Shown here piece by piece: positions 12,040 to 28,229 of a stretch of 64,000 bases of DNA. Position numbers and translations under genes: made by a program. Where the stretch lies: NCBI GenBank assembly GCA_964016885.1, contig OZ024740.1:212970001-213034000 (forward strand). The letters run 5' to 3'. Origin of the DNA: Eledone cirrhosa (Eukaryota). How positions within the stretch are numbered: the first letter of the stretch is position 1; each line of letters opens with the position of its first letter. Under the pieces are notes generated by a model, which saw nothing but the letters and a program-made list of their open reading frames with translations, ran no database searches and was not told the origin of the DNA.

Positions 12040-13045
12040 ATTTGACACCTAGTCCATATTATTATTAGTATTGTTCACCTACACACATATAAATAACACT
12101 TATCTCACAGAAAACCCATACAACACTAAAAGAAAAATTCTTCAATGACATCGAAGATTTCCAGCAAACGCTTTCCAGGGGGATGTACAAAGACATCATT
12201 CAGGAGAGGGCCACAACCAGTCAGAACGACGGAAGAACCGTCCTTCCTCCACAAGAACTGTGGGAAGTGGTCTTTCCCCATTTTCCCACTCTTTTTCAAC
12301 ATTGCCTTACTCAGAATAGGCAGTGTAAATGCACGTAGCCTGGTATCATCATGGAAGCAGGGCCACCTGCTCAATGACCTCAGGTCAATAAACATAGATG
12401 TGGTGGCCATCAGCAATAATTTCCGAGGCACAAGCCTTCGCACCAGTCTTCGACGGTTACGATGTGTACGCATCTTCAAGCCGGCCGGGATCGGGAGGCG
12501 GAGTAGCACTGTTGTTTCGGAAAGGCCTGGACCCAGAAGGTAAGCCGGTGGTGCTGGACGTGAACAGAAGCAAAGGCGATGCTTTCAGGCTAGTGGCTCT
12601 TTAAACCTCGCAAACCTGTTCAGACGTTTCCAACTTTCTGAGAGGTACCGACTGGATTTCCCGAATGTGCCAATGTGGACATGAATAAACCTCATGGGTC
12701 ATCCAGATCGTACGTAGATAGGGTGTTTTGTAAAGAAGTAGATAGATCTAGCATAGGTTGCCCACAATTCAAGATAGTCAACTACACGGACCACAAATTT
12801 GTGATTTGTGTAATCGACTTAGATAGGCTTCATAGACAGGGAGGTCCACAGCGGGTGCATGTTACTCGATCCCGGGAAAATGTGTTCGGCTTTTCAGCAT
12901 CACTTCGCTCGGCTCTTCGCGGACAGCGGCGGGCCGGATAGCAGAATGGACGTTAGTGCTTACCTCGACGTTTTGTTGCGGCTCTCGTTCACTGAGGTGG
13001 AGTGTTGCGAAAAGCCGATAACAACTTTAAAGTACGGGAGGCAAC
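12040..13045 (+). mobile_element. Heavily deleted Tx1 relic (ORF1 end and ORF2 fragments)
   Basis: Fragments LRIGSVNARSL..WKQGHLLNDLRS, SRSYVDR, YTDHKFV and ECCEKPIT; most similar to the minus-strand E4 family. Confidence 0.85.
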
Positions 13046-13489
13046 AATTAAAAATTTGTTGTAGTGATGTCTACCATAAATTCATAGCGAAAAGCCTTCA
13101 AAATATTTTAAATAAACATACAGTATATTATTAAATATACAATACGTATATTCATATGAATGTACGTATCGCTATTTCAGAGCTCCAACACAAATTTCTA
13201 ATTGTTGCTGGACCAGCTACCGCTCTGTATGTTAATGATTTGGTTTTTTTCCTAGAATATATATTATGTACGAAGCTGAATTTTTGGCTTTTGAAGCGCT
13301 GAGAATATATGTATGTATATATATAAGTATAAAGAAAGTGCTTAATGTCACCTTCCTTTTAAATGTATATTTTCAGCGGAAGTTGTCAAGGACTATGTTA
13401 TCTTCAATGTCATTTTCTCTTAATGATATAATATGGTTTAATAAAGAACTGATGACTATTCTCAGCTAAAGTTTTCTTCATTGGATAAA

Positions 13490-13574
13490 ATGGTATCACT
13501 TCAGAAGCTGCGTAGGAGTTTTGTTATATTTGTAACAATATTATTTGTTGCAATTATAATATTGGAATTTCAAC
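13490..13574 (+). CDS. Host gene coding exon 1: type II signal anchor of an HtrL/YibB-like protein
   Basis: ATG at 13490 reads MVSLQKLRRSFVIFVTILFVAIIILEFQ (basic residues then a hydrophobic helix) and ends at donor C|GTAAGT, phase 1. A possible upstream acceptor TTTCAG| lies at 13376. Confidence 0.78.
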
Positions 13575-14266
13575 GTAAGTTATATTTCATTTCTTATAAT
13601 TTTCATCATAATTTTACATTTCTTTTATTTTAAAATTGCATTTTCCACATTATTAGATGTTTTTGTTTAATTCATATGTTTTAATAAAGTGTTATTGTTG
13701 ATGTGGGATAAGTCAGCTGTGTTTTATATAAATTTAGTATTGAGTTCATAAAGAGATTAAAGAATCTTATTAATGTTTCAAATAAACCAAATGTTCTGGT
13801 TTAGAGTGAACATGAAGAAAGCAATAGTCCAAAGTAGGAATCAAAGTAGAAATATATAAAATGTCCATTAAGCCATAGATATGTTTATGTTATTATTTGT
13901 ACTGAAACTAATGTTTTGATATTATTTTTGTTTCGAGTTTATCAAGTTAAAGTTAGAATTAGTTATTTATATATGGTTTTCAGTTAAGTTTAACTGAATA
14001 TGACATATCAACGTTTTTTACCAGTAATTATATCAGGATGGAATCTTCTACAATTTACTTTGACATTCTTGCCCAGAAATAATTCCAAACACCATTATTC
14101 ATGCCAGTTCTACTCAATAGTACTTTACAAAGACAAACCCATTAGAGAGAAACTGATGTGAAAAATGTAATTTTAATGTAGATCTCATTTTTATTTAAAT
14201 ATTTAATATTTAAATATATCAATATTATGTATTGTATTTCAATAATTATTTTTATATTATTTACAG

Positions 14267-14313
14267 GCCAGGAATTTGTAGAAAAGATTAAGTTTAAACT
14301 TATAGGAGCCTAT
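14267..14313 (+). CDS. Host gene coding exon 2 (47 nt, stem region)
   Basis: Acceptor TTTACAG| and donor |GTAAGA. Phase 1 in and phase 0 out gives RQEFVEKIKFKLIGAY, in frame with both neighbours. Confidence 0.72.
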
Positions 14314-14424
14314 GTAAGAATTTCTTAAATTTCTTCTTAATATATTTTAGTAAAAGAAAATTGAACTATGGGAATAAAAGTATTGATGCATTATTTGGGA
14401 ATATTGTCCTTCTTAATATGTATG

Positions 14425-14537
<113 letters not shown>

Positions 14538-14704
14538 GGGATAACAAATAATAGTTATATGCAGTCCACTTAGGTGTAGTCCAGTTATGGTATTCCGGGT
14601 AGTGGATGATATCAACGCTTGGCTTGGTTTGACTCAACAAGACGTTTTCATAGTGATGTTGCGAGTATGCTGTAATTCCTATGTTGTAAACACTTGGAGT
14701 AATA

Positions 14705-15119
14705 ATAAATCAGGAAAGAAGATTGACATGGTTTGCTATACAAAAAAAGGTTTTTAATCTCATTGCTGACAATTGTTTCTCTGAACTGGTAGGTCTAGAT
14801 ATCGCTATCCGCTTGTTTTCACGTTACTCGATCGCCAATACAAAATTATAACCAGTCAGTTCTTCAGAGCAAGCGAGAATGAAGAGGATATACAGGCATG
14901 AAAGGAATATACAGGCTACTATATGAAGTAGTAATGGCATTCAGTTAGAACAATAATAACAGAACTGACTGGTTATAATTTTGTATTGGCGATCGAGTAA
15001 CGTGAAAACAAGCGGATAGCGATCTCTAGACATACCAGTTCAGAGAAACAATTGTCAGCAATGAGATTAAAAACCTTTTTTTGTATAGCAAACCATGTCA
15101 ATCTTCTTTCCTGATTTAT
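14705..15119. repeat. Fold-back insert: ~159-bp inverted arms with a 97-bp spacer, Penelope pLTR-like
   Basis: 14705-14863 is the near-perfect reverse complement of 14961-15119; the right arm runs into (TA)n. Confidence 0.92.
14758..14879 (-). ncRNA. Type I hammerhead ribozyme candidate with enlarged stem II loop
   Basis: The minus strand reads ucucgcuugcu-CUGAAGA-a-cugacugg..~60 nt..ccaguucag-a-GAAAC-aauu-GUC-agcaaugaga. Stems I, II and III can all form; there is an A-A mismatch at the base of stem II. Confidence 0.6.
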
Positions 15120-15249
15120 ATATATATATATATATATCGGCCTGCCCACCCAGCCAGTGGGATGGCGTCATCGTATGGCTAAAATAGCACGTGCTGTGAC
15201 CAGCAGCGCCGATGGGCGCCCGACAGACTGGTCGGTCAAGGTGATAAAG

Positions 15250-15311
<62 letters not shown>

Positions 15312-15399
15312 ATCTCCACCCTCTCTTCCTCAGAAGCTATTTTCAATAAGGCATCCCCCTACTATAATAAAGCCCTTCAAAATACCGGATTTAGCGAAC

Positions 15400-16140
15400 C
15401 GATTAAGTACATACCCAACAATACTAACTCTTTTAAACATAATAATAGGAAAAGAAAAATAATCTGGTTCACACCCCCTACTCTCTAGCAGTTAAAACTA
15501 ATGTAGGCAAAACATTCCTAGAGCTCTTAGATAAACATTTCCCTAGAACACATAGATACTATTATAAATTCAATAGAAACTGTGTCAAAATTAGCTACTC
15601 CTGCGGTCCCCCTATTAAATCTTATATCATCAATAAGAAATCACCCAGAGAACATCAAAATTGCTCCTGTAGAGTCAAAAGTGAATGCCCATTACAAGGT
15701 AAATGGAACACCAAAGCCATTGTATATGCGGCTAAAGTGACAACCATCAGCAACAACCAACCAGCTACCAGCGAACGATATGTGGGTATGACACAAAACA
15801 AATTCAAAACGCGTTATTACTCACATGTCGCATCTTTCCGACATCCAGAAAAAAGATTCAAAACAGCTCTGGCTAGCAGAATATGGGATTTGAAAGACCA
15901 AGGTATCCAATATAAATTGGATTGGTCAATTTTGAACCAATCTAAATAATATGCAAGAGGAACAAGAAGCTGTACACTCTGCATAAGTGAAAAATATTGG
16001 ATTTTACAAAACCTTAAATCACCAAAGACCTGCCTAAATACAAAAACAGAAATTTTCACCAGTTGCCCACACATGAAATCACACTTGCTTTCCAGCTCAT
16101 ATAAACTTAACTCACTTTCAGATACTTATCCTCCATAAGC
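15400..16140 (+). mobile_element. Penelope-like element 3' fragment (GIY-YIG endonuclease), degenerate
   Basis: KRKIIWFTPP, FNRNCVKISYSC, C.C....CPL.G, RYVGMTQNKFKTRYYSH and C.LCISEK..I motifs; lies between (TA)n runs. Confidence 0.85.
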
Positions 16141-16762
16141 TCTTATTCTTCACTTTCCTTAAATTATTCGAATGAATTCGGCAGTGTATATATTTGTAAA
16201 AATACAAAATATCACATATCGAATTAGAGTTCTCAACAGACGGGTTAAAATTAACATGAGCTATTTATCAGTCAATAAGATCAACTAAAAAATCAATAAA
16301 ATTAACTGGTCAATAGCTAAAGACTGGAGATAAATACAAATAAATTATCGAGAATCGGAATTTCGGCTCACGAAATAACGAAACACAATCTTCGAAATTC
16401 GTGGCAAAGGGCTCAATAGTTTGGATAAACCAGAGCTATATATATATATATAATAGATTCACGAAACACGTGTTAGGTGTGATTACGAATAAAATGTTAA
16501 ACTGAAACTTGGATCTCTCAATACAAATATATATTTCTTTTCGGAACTCGACCCCTTTCAGTTCCGAAAAGAAATATAGTGTGCTAAAATGAAAAGAATT
16601 TCTTTAGGTCACATCTTGGCATTAAACCCAAAGAGTCCTTTCCCTATTCAAGATGTGACCAAAATAAATTTGGCTGCTATTTCCAACAGGTCAAGCAACT
16701 GCATAGAAGCAAACATATTTGTTATTATTGCTGCTTTTAGCCAAAATGTTTTTGTTGAAATT

Positions 16763-17223
16763 AATAATTGTTTCTACTTTTGGCACAAGGCCAGCAATTA
16801 TCCAAGTGCATTACTGGTACTTTATTTTATCGACCCTGTAAGGATAAAAGGCAAAGTTAACCTCGGCGGGATTTGAACTCAGACCGTAACGGGCTGTAAC
16901 ACTATGCTACAAAGCATTTCGTCCGACCCTCTACCGATGCTGCCAATCCACCGCCCTTGAAATTAATAATTGTTTCTACGTTTGGCACAAGGCCAGCAAT
17001 TAACCAGAGCATTACTGGTACTTTATTTTATCGACCCCGTAATAATTATTTCTACTTTTGGCACAAGGCCAGCAATTACCCAGTGTATTACTGGTACTTT
17101 ATTTTATCAACCCCATAAGGATGAAAGGCAAAGTTAACCTCGGCGGGATTTGAACTCAGAATGGCAAGGGCTGTAACTTTATGCGTCAAAGCATGGCGTC
17201 CGACCCTCTACCGATACTGCCAG
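16763..17223 (-). mobile_element. Cluster of three tRNA-derived SINE copies (one full, one partial, one near-full)
   Basis: A-box TGGCAG(C/T)ATCGG, B-box GAGTTCAAATC and body GCCTTT(C)ATCCTTA(C)GGGGTCGATAAAATAAAGTACCAG. The first copy is flanked by the duplication TTGAAATTAATAAT (16755-16768 and 16957-16970). Confidence 0.9.
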
Positions 17224-17419
17224 ATAATGTTTACATGATAGGTACGTTTGTAAAAAGAACAGATTCAAACAACGCTACCATTTAAATGAAATAGTTCAAC
17301 ATTAGACATTACTAGCAGAACAACCATCCGCGGGTGGTTTTCTACTGGCATATGTAGTGTGCATATTGGTATTATACGCAAATATATATATGTAAATTTA
17401 AAAGTAAATTGATAATATC

Positions 17420-17865
17420 TTCTTCTTCGCCCACTTATTTCTGAGAGGGTCGTGGAGAAGAGTCCTTCTCAAACATCTCCAGCTAATCCAGCTGGATCCC
17501 AAAGCGTGACCAGCCAAGCTCATGGATGTTATCCAACTATCTTGCTCGGGGTCTACCTCTGGGTCTCTTGCCGGTTGATTTTGCCTGTAAAATGTGTCCA
17601 GCGATTCTCTACTGAGACATTCTAACCACATACTCATAATATCGGAGTTGTGATCCCTCAACTATCAGGAATACCAGGAAGACAGCGAATTTGGCTTTTA
17701 CACCTACCCTCTTCTTCTGATTGCTGAATGCTGAAGCTGCCGCATTACTGCACCAGCTTTTGCAATTGTTACACTTAATTCAGCCTCCTGCCTTCCATCA
17801 CTCACGAACACGGCTCCGAGATACTTGAACTTCTCTAACTGCTTCAGTAGAACTCCATTCACATG
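17420..17865 (-). mobile_element. RTE-like LINE 3' fragment (repeated at ~23965-24410)
   Basis: LKQLEKFKYLGAVF..DG and GRP-like C-terminal segments; short (AAG)n tail on the minus strand. Confidence 0.7.
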
Positions 17866-18326
17866 TATATAAATTTGAGGGACTTCTGTCCACCCGTCCA
17901 TCACACAATGTGTATGTGTGTTTGTGTGAATGTATGTGCATGTAAAAGGAGGGAAAGTGATACACACACATATATGTCTCTAACTTACAATCAGTGCCAC
18001 ACACACACATACACACACACACATGTCTCTAATTTTAGAACGCCGACAAAATCACGCGCGCGCATAACACATATATACTATAAATATACAAGTCAAACTT
18101 CGTGAATCATACGGATAAAAATCTGATTCAAAGTAAAAAAGTGAATTGTCTGCGATCTTAAATTTTTTAATGAATTTATATAGTAGTATAATGTGTCTGC
18201 AAACATGAAAAGTAAATCAAAAAGCAATGTATAACCTGTAAAATAAGCTCTCATATTAACTGTAAAACTAGAATTGTAGTGTATAGCATAAGATGTACCG
18301 AAGGACGATGTAGAGACTAAAATATA

Positions 18327-18900
18327 GTGTGCATAGGTGAGACAGCTCGTAGTGTAGGGGAACGGATAAATGAACACTGGCGAGACCTTCAAGATAGTAA
18401 AGAATCATCTGTACTCTACCAACATGCTAAAATAGAACACAAGGGTAAATTAGAGAACATAGAAATAAAAATAGAATCTACACACAAAAAAGACGCAATG
18501 TTTCGACAAATTACAGAGGCAATAAACATAAAAGAATTACAACCAAAATTAAATAGAAAATATGAGTGGAACAGCAACATCACAACTTACAATTAAGGAC
18601 AAAATGAAAACACACACACACATAGAACAAACAACCAACCAGTAACATGTAAATAAACAAATAAATAAATGAACATAAACACACACAGACACCCGGATGT
18701 GGCGCATGCGCAGACTGAGCACACAACACACACACAGAAACAAATTGGCGTAGGACAGAACAAAGGAGAGGCACAGAAACAAAGAAAGGAATCCCCAGTC
18801 ACTGTAGAGGTCACAGAGTGTGTGACGAAAGAACTATGACAATATATAAACAACTATCTGGTTGTGGAACCAACCAACCAACCAGAAACTTATAAATTTA
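18327..18900 (+). mobile_element. Second Penelope-like GIY-YIG 3' fragment
   Basis: IGETARSVGERINEH..S.LYQH....H..RQITEAINIK...PKLNRK. Confidence 0.8.
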
Positions 18901-19019
18901 TAAATTTATTATAAATTTATTATAATAAATTGAAGTGAAAGCAACTGGTGCGTGTGTTTCTTATTGGCAACATGACCCTCCCAAAGTATAACAATATATA
19001 TATATATATTACCCCTACC

Positions 19020-19760
19020 AACATGGATAATAAAAAGCATAAATCACTGAAACGTAAAGAGTGACATGAAGCAGAAAGGCAGGAGTCAGCCAAGCGGTCT
19101 ATTACAGATTTTATAATACCGCAACCACTATCCACATCAATGTCCAGTTCTGCAACAAATAATCAAGAAACAAGAAACAATACCCATGGGGATGATGCAG
19201 TGACATGTGAGTTGTAAGAACAGGGAGGAGTTACTTTGGATGTAGAGACATACATGTGCATCCTTTTCTAATCAACCCAGGTCCAGTACTATTTCTGTCT
19301 TCATCGTTCCGGTATCTGTACTGCCTGTAGTTGCAACATCGGAGTACATAGCTTTAACTAGTGACGGAGGATCGGATATTACTTGAGACATAAATGACTT
19401 AGTTTCTAATGCACATTCTGTAAATGAACTTTTACAAGAAAATGAAAGATCAGCTACTGGAATCTTCGAACGTCCATCATGATCAAATCTGGAAACTGTT
19501 TTTTACTGAACATCTATGTCAGCCTACTGTTTGATGCGCGTTTGTATGAGAGGAAAATTATGAATGACTCAGTCTCAAGAAACTGGCTTAAATATAACAA
19601 AGAAGATGAATGGATATTTCATCCATAGATCAGATTAGCATTGTTATTCGGTATGTGCTTCAAGGGGTTACCTGTGAGCTACTACTTTCAGTTTTGCCAA
19701 GTACTGATTGCACAGGACAGATTTTTTTTATCTATTGACTGTAAAACTACAGCATTTTAA
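19020..19760 (+). mobile_element. Possible degenerate hAT-type (TTF zinc finger) transposase 5' remnant
   Basis: Broken frame with basic KRK..SITDF and SRNWLKYNKEDEWIF segments; many stops. Confidence 0.3.
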
Positions 19761-19928
19761 AATTGAGCCCAAAATGTTGTGTACCTACAGTTTCCTTTTT
19801 TCAATTTGCTCCAGAATTTAGTAACTTTTGTAAAGGCATCATACAAGAAAATGGGTGTATGGATAGAAGTTGTTGGCAATCATCTAGGACTGAAACCATT
19901 AAAACTAATTGGTATGCACGTATACATA

Positions 19929-20011
<83 letters not shown>

Positions 20012-20121
20012 AATTAGTATATCTACCAATATATATATATACAGATGTATACCTATGCTAGCAAATATATAGGTTTTGTCTTAGTAACTTTGTGGTTCAA
20101 TGCAAGGGGATGCAGAACAAT

Positions 20122-22760
<2,639 letters not shown>

Positions 22761-23096
22761 ACAGAGAAATAGATTCTGTATTTGTGGCGAAATGTATGCA
22801 AGATGTTAAGATGAATGTTGTGTGTAAACATTTAAAACAGGAAATTCAATAAGAGAGTAAAAACTGCAAAAATAGAACAGTGAGGCACTAAAACATTGAA
22901 GAGAGGAATTTGAAACTGAAAAAGGAATTTTGAGATGTACCAAAAACGAGGAAATGTGTTTGTAAACGTTTAAAACAATAAATTCGATAAAAGTCCTAAA
23001 TTTAGAACTGCGAGATATTAAAATATTGAAGAGGGGGAGTTAAAACTGAAGAAAGAACGTAAAAAGAAATCCTCAGATGTACCAAAAACAGTGAAA

Positions 23097-23160
<64 letters not shown>

Positions 23161-23162
23161 AT

Positions 23163-24542
23163 ATATATATATATATATAATAGATTCACGAAACACGTGT
23201 TAGGTGTGATTACGAATAAAATGTTAAACTGAAACTTGGATCTCTCAATACAAATATATATTTCTTTTCGGAACTCGACCCCTTTCAGTTCCGAAAAGAA
23301 ATATAGTATACTAAAATGAAAAGAAGTTCTTTAGGTCACATCTTGGCATTAAACCCAAAGAGTCCTTCCCCTATTCAAGATGTGACCAAAATAAATTTGG
23401 CTGCTATTTCCAACAGGTCAAGCAACTGCAGAGAAGCAAACATATTTGTTATTATTGCTGCTTTTAGCCAAAATGTTTTTGTTGAAATTAATAATTGTTT
23501 CTACTTTTGGCACAAGGCCAGCAATTATCCAAGTGCATTACTGGTACTTTATTTTATCGACCCTGTAAGGATAAAAGGCAAAGTTAACCTCGGCGGGATT
23601 TGAACTCAGACCGTAACGGGCTGTAACACTATGCTGCAAAGCATTTCGTCCGACCCTCTACCGATGCTGCCAATCCACCGCCCTTGAAATTAATAATTGT
23701 TTCTACGTTTGGCACAAGGCCAGCAATTAACCAGAGCATTACTGGTACTTTATTTTATCGACCCCGTAATAATGTTTACATGATAGGTACGTTTGTAAAA
23801 AGAACAGATTCAAAACAACGCTACCATTTAAATGAAATAGTTCAACATTAGACATTACTAGCAGAACAACCGCCCGCGTGTGGTTTTCTACTGGCATACG
23901 TAGTGTGCATATTGGTATTATACGCAAATATATATATGTAAATTGAAAAGTAAATTGATAATATCTTCTTCTTCGCCCACTTATTTCTGAGAGGGTCGTG
24001 GAGAAGAGTCCTTCTCAAACATCTCCAGCTAATCCAGCTGGATCCCAAAGCGTGACCAGCCAAGCTCATGGAAGTTATCCAACTATCTTGCTCGGGGTCT
24101 ATCTCTGGGTCTCTTGCCGGTTGATTTTGCCTGTAAAATGTGTCCAGCGATTCTCTACTGAGACATTCTAACCACATACTCATAATATCGGAGTGGTAAT
24201 CTCTCAACTATCAGGAATACCAGGAAGACAGCGAATTTGGCTTTTACACCTACCCTCTTCTTCTGATTGCTGAATGCTGAAGCTGCCGCATTACTGCACC
24301 AGCTTTTGCAATTGTTACACTTAATTCAGCCTCCTGCCTTCCATCACTCACGAACACGGCTCCGAGATACTTGAACTTCTCTAACTGCTTCAGTAGAACT
24401 CCATTCACATGTATATAAATTTGAGGGACTTCTGTCCACCCGTCCATCACACAATGTGTATGTGTGTTTGTGTGAATGTATGTGCATGTAAAAGGAGGGA
24501 AAGTGATACACACACATATATGTCTCTAACTTACAATCAGTG

Positions 24543-24622
<80 letters not shown>

Positions 24623-24660
24623 CTCTAATTTAAGAACGCCGACAAAATCACGCGCGCGCA
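23163..24660 (+). repeat. Local segmental duplication, copy 2
   Basis: Matches 16436-18063 but lacks the SINE at ~17047-17223 and has a longer (CA)n. Confidence 0.95.
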
Positions 24661-24679
24661 CATACACTCACTGTCCTAT

Positions 24680-25300
24680 TAACACTTAGGAGCTTTGGCC
24701 CGAGCAAACATCCCTTCAATTTTGGAACCGTCTGGGTTGTCCAGATGGGAAAAGACTTGACGGTCTTACTCTGTGCTCTTGGTCAAGAGGCAGGTGTCTT
24801 ACCTGGGACGTCACAGTTAGTGACTCTTTTGCTTCTTCCCATATCCTGGATGCAACGGTAAGGGCGAGAGCTACAGCTTCCGCAGCTGAACGGAACAACA
24901 TCCTAAAATACCGTGTTCTCTCCGCTAACTACATTATCCAGCCTGTGGCGTTCGAGACGTTTGGGGGAGTCGGGCTACTGACAGTGATGTTCTTATCTTC
25001 ACTGACGGCTCACCAAACAGAGGTAACTGGTGATGCTTGTGAGGGCACTTGGTTGTTCCAGCACCTCAGCGTCGCCATCACCCCAGGTAACGCTGCGAGC
25101 GTGCTGGCTTCCTCAGAAATTATTAAAGAGGTTTCCCAGTGCTCCTCGCTATATTGCTATCTTTTGCTCTGCTAGTGGCTCGTTTGTCCACTCTTTCGCC
25201 TGCATTTTGTTCTATGTGGTCTAAGATGTGTGTATTACCTGCTTGTGTATTTTTCTCGTTTTTTTTCCTTTCCCTTTCATTTGTATATATTATATTGAAT
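24680..25300 (+). mobile_element. CRE-like element 3' fragment
   Basis: LEPSGL...DGLTL..W..G..LTWDVTV.D, PVAFETFG and LSVAITPGNAASVL. Confidence 0.75.
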
Positions 25301-25301
25301 A

Positions 25302-25478
25302 GGCAGTATCAGTAGAAGGTCGGACGCCATACTTTACAACATAGTTACGTTCTTTACGGTCTGAGTTCAAATCCCGTCGAGGTTAACTTTGCCTTTCATC
25401 CTTACGGGGCCGATAAAATAAAGTACCAGTAATGCACTGGATAATTGCTGGCCTTGTGCCAAAAGTAGAAACAATTAT
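25302..25478 (+). mobile_element. tRNA-derived SINE
   Basis: Same family; B-box GAGTTCAAATCCC and ACAATTAT tail. Confidence 0.9.
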
Positions 25479-25514
25479 ATTTGTTAGTGTTTTCGTTCTG
25501 TAACCATTATATTA

Positions 25515-26908
25515 AATGAGTTTTTAAAAAAAGAGTTAATAAATAAATAAAGAGTTAATGAATAAATAAAACGTTATACTTGTTTTCCAATTCACCGAAC
25601 GCTGCTATCATGAATGTATGTGTGTGTGTTTATGTAAATGTGTGTATGTTTGTGTGAAAGTATGTGTGAAAGTATGTGTATTTGCGTGAATGTCCGTGAG
25701 CGTCTATTTTTATAAGTTTGTGTTTGCGCGATTATACTTATATACTCATAATAGTTATATACTCAAACATATAGTTGTATGTATGTGCACACTCATACGC
25801 GTCAGCGTGTAGAAAATCATAATCTCTCTATCTCTCTCATCACACACTCTCTCTTTCTATATATATGGTAGTTGAAGTGGTGGTGGTGGCAACGATACAC
25901 CGGAAGTGTAGAAATGTGAATGAAAATTTGAAAAGAAGTCAATTTTAAATTATTTATAGTTACGAAATTTAGTTTCGAAATTTAGGGCGTAAATTACGTA
26001 ATATTCATTCATTATTTATTCAAAGTAATCCAACTTATTTTACTAACTGGATTAAAAGAAATAAACCGTACGCAGTCCCGCAGACCTTACTTTATTATAG
26101 TTTAGATTTTTATACAAATGAGTTTTAAAAAAAGAGTTAAACTGTGTTGTTAATAAATAAGTAGAACGTTATACTTGTTTTACCCTCCCATTTCCAATTC
26201 ATCGAACGCTGCTATCATGTTTGTATGTGTGTGTTTGTTTAAATGTATGTGTGTGAAAATATGTGTATTTGTGTGAATGTATGTTCTTGAGCGTGTATAA
26301 GTTTTATAAGTTTGTGTTTGCGCGATTATAGTTATATACTCATAATAGTTATATACTCATACATATAAATGTATGTATGTACATATACATACGCGTCAGC
26401 GTGCTGAAAATCGTAATCGCTCTATCTGTATCTCTCTCATCACACACTCTCTCTTTCTATATATATGGTAGTTGAAGTGGTGGGCGTGGCGGCGATATAC
26501 CAGAAGTGTAGAAATTTGAAATTTTGAAAAGAAGTCAATTTTAAATAAGCAATAAAATCATTTATATTAAATTTAATAAAAATTTAGTACATAAATTATG
26601 TAATATTCATTCATTATTTATTCAAAGGGCGGTGGATTGGCAGTATCAGTAGAGAGTCGGACGCCATGCTTTCCAGCATAGTTACGTCCCTTTACGATCT
26701 GAGTTCAAATCCCGCCGAGGTTCACTTTGCCTTTCATCCTTACGGGGTCGGTAAAATAAAGTACCAGTAATGCACTGGATAATTGCTGGCCTTGTGCCTA
26801 AAGTAGAAACAATTATTTATTCAAAGTAATCCAACTTATTTTACAAACGGGATAAAAAGAAATAAACCGTACGCAGTCCCGCACTCCTTACTTTATTATA
26901 GTTAAGAT
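25515..26908. repeat. Diverged tandem duplication of a ~600-bp unit (25515-26107 and 26116-26908), possibly non-autonomous Helitron ends
   Basis: Both units end CCTTACTTTATTATAGTT(T/A)AGAT, whose reverse complement resembles a Helitron a|TC start. Unit 2 contains a SINE. Confidence 0.75.
26626..26812 (+). mobile_element. Full-length SINE with target-site duplication TTTATTCAAAG
   Basis: The empty site is visible in unit 1 at ~26010-26030. Confidence 0.92.
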
Positions 26909-27481
26909 ATAACGGCTATCTGGCCCTGTGCCGTGCTAAAGGGTAGATGTGTATTTGTATACACCTTTCAACTGCGGACGTTTTTTATTCTTGATAATTC
27001 TAATTTATTTCGATATTGTTAGAGACTTGGCTCCTTGGACAACACATCCACACAAACACTCACACACAAACACTCACATACACATACACACTCACAAAAG
27101 TGCAGCCAATCATCTAAGAACGATAGTTAAAAATAATTATTACATACACACACATCTACACAATCATACACATAAACAGACTCAGAGAAAATAACCATCA
27201 CATGCACACACATATGTGTGTGAGTATGTGTGTGTGTATATACATTTATATGTATGAGTAACACAGGTGTAGCGAACGCTGTTCTCTGTTTTCTATAGTT
27301 TGTCACAGTCCTCTTCCTTCCACACTCATCACATAGATGTGTGTGTATGTAATCATTATTTTGTAAAATGTATATGTTTATGTATATGTATGTATTCATA
27401 TTCAAATACTGAAACAGATGAGTTACCTCTCTTTGCGTGACGTACAAAAACACGAGAGCATTATATATTATAGATTATAAA

Positions 27482-27672
27482 GGCGGTGGATTGCCAGTAT
27501 CGGTAGAGGGTCGGACGCCATGCTTTGCAGCATAGAGTTATGTCCCTTTACGGTCTGAGTTCAAATCCCGACTAGTTTAACTTTGCCTTTCATCCTTACG
27601 GGGTCGATAAAATAAAGTACCAGTAATGCACTGGGATGATTGATGGCCTTGTGCCAAAAGTAGAAACAATTA
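27482..27672 (+). mobile_element. Full-length tRNA-derived SINE
   Basis: GGCGGTGGATTG head, B-box and conserved body. Confidence 0.9.
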
Positions 27673-28229
27673 TATATTAGTAGATTATTTGGATGATCGT
27701 GCTGGTAGTTGATTGTGTTGTGGTATTGATTCGTTTGTTGCGAGCGTGCTCACTTGTAGCTTGCTGTATCGTGTGGTCACTGTTGTGTGACACAGTGTGA
27801 CCAGAGGTTGCATGTGTGCAGGTAAGTGAGTGTTCAATAAGATGATGATGATATGATAGTTCCTTGATCACGCAGAAAATGAATATATCTAAATGAATAT
27901 ATCTAAATGAACCACGATGACACCAAACCGCCATATTATTAATTTATTGAAAATAACTCACGCCGGAGCTATACGAAAAATAGACAGGAATTATGTACGT
28001 TATTTGTTTGTTACCAAGAAAACATCATGAACTTCACTGGCTTTGTTAAGAGAGAGACCAAGAGATAGAGATTGAGTGAAAGAGAGAGAATAAATCGCCA
28101 TTTATTTCAATCACTATTCTGAAGATATTCACGTAACTTTCACTCAATTTTCCATTTAATCCCCATTTTAATTTTTAAAACAGTTTTCGTGAAAAATGTT
28201 CTCACTCTTTTCAAGAGGAGACGGGGTAG

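Larger units (their letters stand above)
16436..18063 (+). repeat. Local segmental duplication, copy 1 (copy 2 at 23163-24660)
   Basis: The same composite block (tail fragment, hairpin, SINEs, RTE fragment, CA repeat) recurs with few substitutions. Confidence 0.95.

Noticed and set aside
27482-27570. tRNA gene
   Set aside because: A and B boxes are present but there is no cloverleaf; it is a SINE head.
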